Of a stretch of 47,853 nucleotides of DNA, positions 43,732 to 47,853 are shown one piece after another. The notes below the pieces were generated by a model. The model did no database searches, was not told where the DNA came from, and was given only the letters and a program-made list of their open reading frames with translations. The stretch is taken from NCBI GenBank assembly GCA_020446005.1, contig JAGRFO010000042.1, positions 1-47,853 on the forward strand, in the 5' to 3' direction. Position 1 is the stretch's first letter. Every line of letters begins with the position of its first letter. Origin of the DNA: Rhodocyclaceae bacterium (lineage in GTDB: Bacteria > Pseudomonadota > Gammaproteobacteria > Burkholderiales > Rhodocyclaceae). A program made the translations under genes and the position numbers.

Positions 43732-43760
43732 GGTGAGATCCTCGCTTTTCGAATGCCTGC

Positions 43761-43816
43761 ACTCTAGAAAGCGCGGATTGCGACGGCGTGACGTCGATGT
43801 GACAAAGTGGTGACGG
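43761..43816 (-). promoter_or_regulatory. Pho-box array and -10 element for olsBA
   Basis: Minus strand: CCGTCAC-CACT-TTGTCAC-ATCG-ACGTCAC-GCCG-TCGCAAT (11-bp period), 10 bp, then TAGAGT. Confidence 0.7.
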
Positions 43817-43840
43817 TGGTGCCGGATGCCACCCGCGGCG

Positions 43841-43896
43841 CTGTCATGGCTTTGTCATGTGGTTTTCATGTGCATGTCGCCTCGGTCGGCGAGCAT
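43841..43896 (+). promoter_or_regulatory. Pho-box array and weak -10 element for the GT4 gene
   Basis: CTGTCAT-GGCT-TTGTCAT-GTGG-TTTTCAT-GTGC-ATGTCGC (11-bp period), 10 bp, then GAGCAT. Confidence 0.72.
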
Positions 43897-43903
43897 CGCC
43901 GCG

Positions 43904-45106
43904 ATGGAACAGACCCCGCTTTCGCTCGAACAGCTCTCGCAGGCCAAACGCCAGTTGCGCGTGGCGGTGGTCACCGAAACCTATCCGCCCGAAGTCAACG
44001 GCGTGGCGATGACCACCGGCCATCTGGTGGACGGGCTGCTCGCGCTCGGTCACATCATCACCCTGGTGCGGCCGCGCCAAGGCGCCGACGATACCGCGGC
44101 GAGCGCCTCGCGCTACGACGAAGTGCTGGCGCGCGGGATTCCGATCCCCAAGTACACCCATCTCAAAATGGGCTTGCCGGCGCGCAGTGCGCTCAAGCGG
44201 CTGTGGTCGCTGCGCCGTCCCGACGTGGTGCAGATTGTCACCGAGGGGCCGCTCGGCTGGTCGGCGCTGGCTGCCGCGCGGGCGCTCAAGATTCCCGCGA
44301 TCACCGAGTTCCACACCAATTTTCACAGCTACAGCAGTTATTACGGGGTGGGCTGGCTGAAGCAGCCGGTCGAGGCGTATCTGCGGCGTTTTCACAACAA
44401 GGGCGAGGTCTGTCTGGCGCCGACGCGGGCGCTGGCCGACCGCCTCGCGCGCAAGGGGGTGCGCCAGGTCGACGTGGTGGCGCGCGGGGTGGACCTGGCC
44501 TTGTTCTCACCCGAGCGGCGCAGCGACGCCTTGCGCCGCCGTTGGGGTGCCGGGCCGGAGACGCTGGTGGTGGCGGTGGTCGGCCGGGTGGCAGCGGAGA
44601 AGAATCTGGCGCTGGCGATCCAGGCCTTCGATGCCATCGCCGTCCGTCGCCCCGAGGCGCGGCTGGTGTTTGTCGGCGATGGACCGGCGCAGGCGGCGAT
44701 GGCGGCGGCTCATCCGGGCCACATTCACGCCGGCATGCGCCGCGGCGAAGACCTCGCCGCGCACTATGCCTCGGCGGACCTGTTCCTGTTCCCCAGCCTG
44801 ACCGAAACCTTCGGCAACGTGACCACCGAGGCGCTGGCGAGCGGATTGCCGGTGGTCGGATTCGACTATGCTGCCGCCGCCGAGCGGGTGCGCAACGGAG
44901 TCAATGGCTGGCTGGCACCGATGAAGGATGAGGCCGCGTTCATCGACGCCGCGGTGCGCGTGGCTGGCGACGAGGCGCAGCGCCGAACGATGGCCGCCAA
45001 CGCACGCGACAGCGTGCGCGATGCCGACTGGATGGCGGTCACCGCGCGCCTGGCCGACATCATGGAAGGGGTGGTCCGCTGCCACGAGGTGCGTGCCGGC
45101 CCGTAG
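43904..45106 (+). CDS. GT4 glycosyltransferase, Agt-like glycosyl-diacylglycerol synthase
   Basis: VAVVTETYPPEVNGVA, TEGPLG, FHTNFHSY, VGRVAAEKN, ASADLFLFPSLTETFGNVTTEALASG. Pho boxes upstream. Confidence 0.8.
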   Translation: MEQTPLSLEQLSQAKRQLRVAVVTETYPPEVNGVAMTTGHLVDGLLALGHIITLVRPRQGADDTAASASRYDEVLARGIPIPKYTHLKMGLPARSALKRLWSLRRPDVVQIVTEGPLGWSALAAARALKIPAITEFHTNFHSYSSYYGVGWLKQPVEAYLRRFHNKGEVCLAPTRALADRLARKGVRQVDVVARGVDLALFSPERRSDALRRRWGAGPETLVVAVVGRVAAEKNLALAIQAFDAIAVRRPEARLVFVGDGPAQAAMAAAHPGHIHAGMRRGEDLAAHYASADLFLFPSLTETFGNVTTEALASGLPVVGFDYAAAAERVRNGVNGWLAPMKDEAAFIDAAVRVAGDEAQRRTMAANARDSVRDADWMAVTARLADIMEGVVRCHEVRAGP

Positions 45107-45138
45107 TGCCCGGGCTGTGGTCGCATGGCGTTGCGGCC

Positions 45139-45144
45139 TATAAT
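45139..45144 (+). promoter_or_regulatory. Consensus -10 hexamer upstream of the PfkB kinase gene
   Basis: TATAAT 32 bp before ATG 45177. No clear -35. Confidence 0.4.
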
Positions 45145-45176
45145 GCGCATCTCCTTCCTCGATAACGGAAACGCCC

Positions 45177-46112
45177 ATGTCGATCCTCGTGTGCGGATCG
45201 GTCGCCTACGACACCATCATGGTGTTCCATGACCGTTTCAAGAATCACATCCTGCCGGACCAGATTCACATCCTCAACGTCGCCTTTCTGGTGCCCGACA
45301 TGCGCCGCGAGTTCGGCGGCTGCGCTGGCAACATCGCCTACAACCTCAAGCTGCTCGGCGACGATCCGCTGATCATGGCCACCGTCGGCGAAGACGCCGC
45401 GCCGTACCTGCGCCGGCTCGAAGCGCTCGGCCTGCGACGCGATCACGTGCGCGAAGTGGCCGACACCTTCACCGCCCAGGCCTTCATCACCACCGACATC
45501 GACGACAACCAGATCACCGCCTTCCACCCCGGCGCGATGAACCATTCGCACCTCAATGCGGTGGCGGACGCACAGGGCGTGCGGCTCGGCATCGTCGCCC
45601 CCGACGGGCGCGACGGCATGCTCGGTCACGCCCGGCAGTTCGCCGAGGCGGGGGTGCCCTTCGTCTTCGATCCGGGGCAGGGCCTGCCGATGTTCTCCGG
45701 GCGTGAGCTCGAAGCCTGCCTGGAGATGGCCACCTACTGCACCTTGAACGATTACGAAGCGCAGATGATGAGCGAAAAGACCGGGCGGACCATCGAGGAT
45801 CTGGCCGGCGACGTGGACGCGCTGGTGGTGACGCGTGGCGGCGAGGGGTCGCAGATTTTCACGGGCGGACAACGAATCGACATCCCATGCGTTAAAGCGG
45901 ATGAGTTGGTCGATCCCACCGGCTGCGGCGACGCGTTTCGCGGCGGTTTGTTGTACGGTATTGCCAACGGCATGGACTGGGAACGGACCGGTCGTCTGGC
46001 GTCAGTGATGGGCAGCCTCAAGATCGCCTGTCGCGGCGGCCAGAACCACTGCCCGAGCCGGAATGACATCGCTGCGCGCTATGCGGCGGCATTTGGAGAA
46101 AAACCATGGTGA
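45177..46112 (+). CDS. PfkB-family carbohydrate/nucleoside kinase (adenosine kinase-like)
   Basis: GSVAYDTIM, FGGCAGNIAY, FDPGQ, NDYE, DPTGCGDAFRGG. Confidence 0.9.
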   Translation: MSILVCGSVAYDTIMVFHDRFKNHILPDQIHILNVAFLVPDMRREFGGCAGNIAYNLKLLGDDPLIMATVGEDAAPYLRRLEALGLRRDHVREVADTFTAQAFITTDIDDNQITAFHPGAMNHSHLNAVADAQGVRLGIVAPDGRDGMLGHARQFAEAGVPFVFDPGQGLPMFSGRELEACLEMATYCTLNDYEAQMMSEKTGRTIEDLAGDVDALVVTRGGEGSQIFTGGQRIDIPCVKADELVDPTGCGDAFRGGLLYGIANGMDWERTGRLASVMGSLKIACRGGQNHCPSRNDIAARYAAAFGEKPW

Positions 46113-46582
46113 AACAATCACGTACGCTCACATCGTCGGCGCTGGCGCTGAGTCTGGTGGCGGCCCTCGCGGTGGGCGGTTGCGCCAGCAACCTGACCGG
46201 CGACAGCTACTCGCGCAGCGAAGCGCGCCGGGCGATGGTGGTCAAGTTCGCGACTGTCGAGTCGGTGCGGATGGTCAAGCTCGAAGGCACCAAGAGCCAG
46301 ATCGGTACGGTTGCTGGTGGTGCGGTGGGCGGCATCGCGGGCAGTACCGTGGGGCGCGGCTCGGGCTCCGCGGTGGCGGCCGTGCTCGGTGCGGTGGCGG
46401 GCGGGATGGCCGGCGCGGCGATCGAAGAGGGCACGACCCGCCGGCAGGGCATCGAAGTGACGGTGCGGCTCGACAACGGCCAGTACATGGCGGTGGTGCA
46501 GGAAGATGCGGGCGAGAACTTCGAGCCCGGCCAGCGCGTGCGGCTGGTGCAAGATGGCAGCACCATGCGCGTGACGCGCTGA
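46106..46582 (+). CDS. slyB: Glycine-zipper outer membrane lipoprotein, SlyB-like
   Basis: VGG-C lipobox, GTVAGGAVGGIAGSTVG glycine zipper, GIEVTVRLDNG, VVQE. Confidence 0.82.
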   Translation: MVKQSRTLTSSALALSLVAALAVGGCASNLTGDSYSRSEARRAMVVKFATVESVRMVKLEGTKSQIGTVAGGAVGGIAGSTVGRGSGSAVAAVLGAVAGGMAGAAIEEGTTRRQGIEVTVRLDNGQYMAVVQEDAGENFEPGQRVRLVQDGSTMRVTR

Positions 46583-46590
46583 GCGTTGCC

Positions 46591-46621
46591 GGCGGGCCTC
46601 GTCAAGCGACGGCGGCCCGCC
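46591..46621. terminator. Hairpin between convergent slyB and dgkA
   Basis: GGCGGGCC...CGTC-AAGC-GACG...GGCCCGCC stem-loop fills most of the intergenic gap. No U-tract. Confidence 0.5.
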
Positions 46622-47014
46622 TCAGCCAAGCAGGATCAGCGCCCACACCGCGGCCAGGTTGATCAGCGCGATCAGCACTGCCGCGCTGCCAATGTCCTTG
46701 GCGCGCTTGGCCAGCCGGTGGTGTTCCAGCGATACCCGGTCCACCACCGCCTCGACCGCCGAATTCATCAACTCCACGATCAGTACCAGCAGCACACAGG
46801 CGATCAGCATCGCCTTGGCGGTGCCGTCCACCGGACAGAACAGCGCCGCCGGGATCAGCACCATCGCGAGCAGGCATTCCTGACGGAAAGCGTCTTCATG
46901 TCGGTGCGCGGCGCGCAGGCCGGCGAGGGAGTATTTGAACGCATTCCAGATGCGGACGATGCCGGTCTTGCCCTTGAACGGACTCTCGGCGGTCGAATTT
47001 TCAGGTGGCGTCAT
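46622..47014 (-). CDS. dgkA: Diacylglycerol kinase
   Basis: KGKTGIVRIWNAFKYSLAGL, EDAFRQE, VELMNSAVEAVVDR, AKDIGSAAV. Confidence 0.93.
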   Translation of the reverse strand: MTPPENSTAESPFKGKTGIVRIWNAFKYSLAGLRAAHRHEDAFRQECLLAMVLIPAALFCPVDGTAKAMLIACVLLVLIVELMNSAVEAVVDRVSLEHHRLAKRAKDIGSAAVLIALINLAAVWALILLG

Positions 47015-47085
47015 GCGTTGCGGGCGGGGGGGATGGCGCGGCGGGCGCAAGGCCGCCAGTGTCGGCGGCCAAGATGTCGCCCATA

Positions 47086-47853
47086 TTACGGATAGAAGGC
47101 GTACAGGCGATAGCCGGCCGCGCCGACGTCTTCGGCTGAAAAATTGACTTCGACCGTGACCGCGCTGCGTGCGGCAAAGCCGGTTTCCGCAGGGGGGGCG
47201 GGCAGCCATTCATCCGGTGCGAAGACGCGTCGAACCACCGCCTTGTCGCGCGCGTTGGTGAGCGTCAGTTCGAGGTGCGGATAGGCCTGTGCGTTGCTCG
47301 CAGCGTTGCTCAAGGTGGCGCTCAGCACGAACACGTCGCGCTCGGGGGCGAGGCGGTTGAGGTCGGAGGCTTCGATCCGGATGGCCCGCGCATCGCGCGG
47401 CAGGGCCATGCTGCAGCCCAGGTTGGCGCACAGGGTGGCCACAAACGGCCGACTCGCCGGCAGGGCTTCAACCAGCTCCTTGCGATACACCAGCCCCAAC
47501 TGGACCACCAGCACGGACAGCAGGGCACCGACGATCAGGCTGGTGAACCAGACATTGGGTTTGCGCGTGGCGGGCAAGGCGTCGAGCGCAGAGGGCAGCG
47601 GCGCCGGGTCTTGCGCCTCGTCGCCGGGCGCGGGTTCGGTGTCGTCGTCGCTGTCGAGGCGACTGTCAAACGCGGCGTCCGGTTCGATCGCGACCGCCGT
47701 CACCACCTCCGCGGTAGTGTCCGGAAAGGCATGACGCAGATCGGCTGAAAGCGTGGACTGTTCCGGCACGGGCTCTTCCGGCACGGGCTCTTCGGGCACG
47801 GGCTCTTCGGGCACGGGCTCTTCGGGCACGGGCTCTTCGGGCGCGGGCTCTTC
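47086..47853 (-). CDS. DUF3426-domain membrane-anchored protein, 3' part only
   Basis: Acidic Pro-rich linker, single TM, LCANLGCSM, QAYPHLELTL, VVRRVFAPDEWL, GYRLYAFYP C-terminus. Frame open to the window end. Confidence 0.8.
   Translation of the reverse strand, partial: EEPAPEEPVPEEPVPEEPVPEEPVPEEPVPEQSTLSADLRHAFPDTTAEVVTAVAIEPDAAFDSRLDSDDDTEPAPGDEAQDPAPLPSALDALPATRKPNVWFTSLIVGALLSVLVVQLGLVYRKELVEALPASRPFVATLCANLGCSMALPRDARAIRIEASDLNRLAPERDVFVLSATLSNAASNAQAYPHLELTLTNARDKAVVRRVFAPDEWLPAPPAETGFAARSAVTVEVNFSAEDVGAAGYRLYAFYP
47761..47853. repeat. 15-bp in-frame tandem repeat encoding (EEPVP)n
   Basis: Six near-identical copies of TTC(C/G)GGC(A/G)CGGGCTC plus a partial copy cut by the window end. 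Confidence 0.95.

Noticed and set aside
45177-47014. PfkB kinase, slyB and dgkA as part of the Pho lipid-remodelling unit
   Set aside because: The kinase gene has its own TATAAT, dgkA is on the opposite strand behind the DUF3426 gene, and no Pho boxes were seen upstream of them. Proximity alone is insufficient.
47761-47853. Repeat array as a possible CRISPR
   Set aside because: Contiguous 15-bp units without spacers, in frame within a CDS, and no cas genes.

Overview
GC-rich betaproteobacterial-type chromosomal window; gene content and order suggest Rhodocyclales/Zoogloeaceae (inference). From left to right: the 3' end of a GH13_18 sucrose-phosphorylase-family gene, thiD, a secreted two-domain alpha-carbonic anhydrase, a MocR regulator, a small lipoprotein, an orphan solute-binding protein next to a membrane HAMP-PAS-GGDEF-EAL protein, a TetR-MFP-RND (MexJK-like) efflux operon, pcm-rhodanese-tolC and waaA. 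A ~23.5 kb surface-polysaccharide locus follows (17882-41378). It holds neuB/neuC/neuA-like nonulosonic acid genes interleaved with SAM methyltransferases, a D-2-hydroxyacid dehydrogenase and a DapA/NanA-family aldolase. It also has a KpsS-like transferase, a sulfotransferase, Wzx- and Wzy-like proteins, an O-acyltransferase, an unknown protein with a prenyltransferase-repeat-like motif, glycosyltransferases and wbpK/L/M-like genes. After apaH come olsB-olsA and a divergent Agt-like glycolipid synthase sharing back-to-back Pho-box arrays, then a PfkB kinase, slyB, dgkA and a partial DUF3426 gene with a 15-bp tandem repeat. The best candidates for novelty are the aldolase/dehydrogenase/methyltransferase cassette inside the neu genes, the unknown toroid-like protein, and the SBP plus c-di-GMP enzyme pair. 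There are also signs of decay in two glycan-modifying genes and a probable CTG start for olsA. No rRNA, tRNA, CRISPR array or mobile element was recognised. All functional calls come from motif recognition by eye, not database searches.
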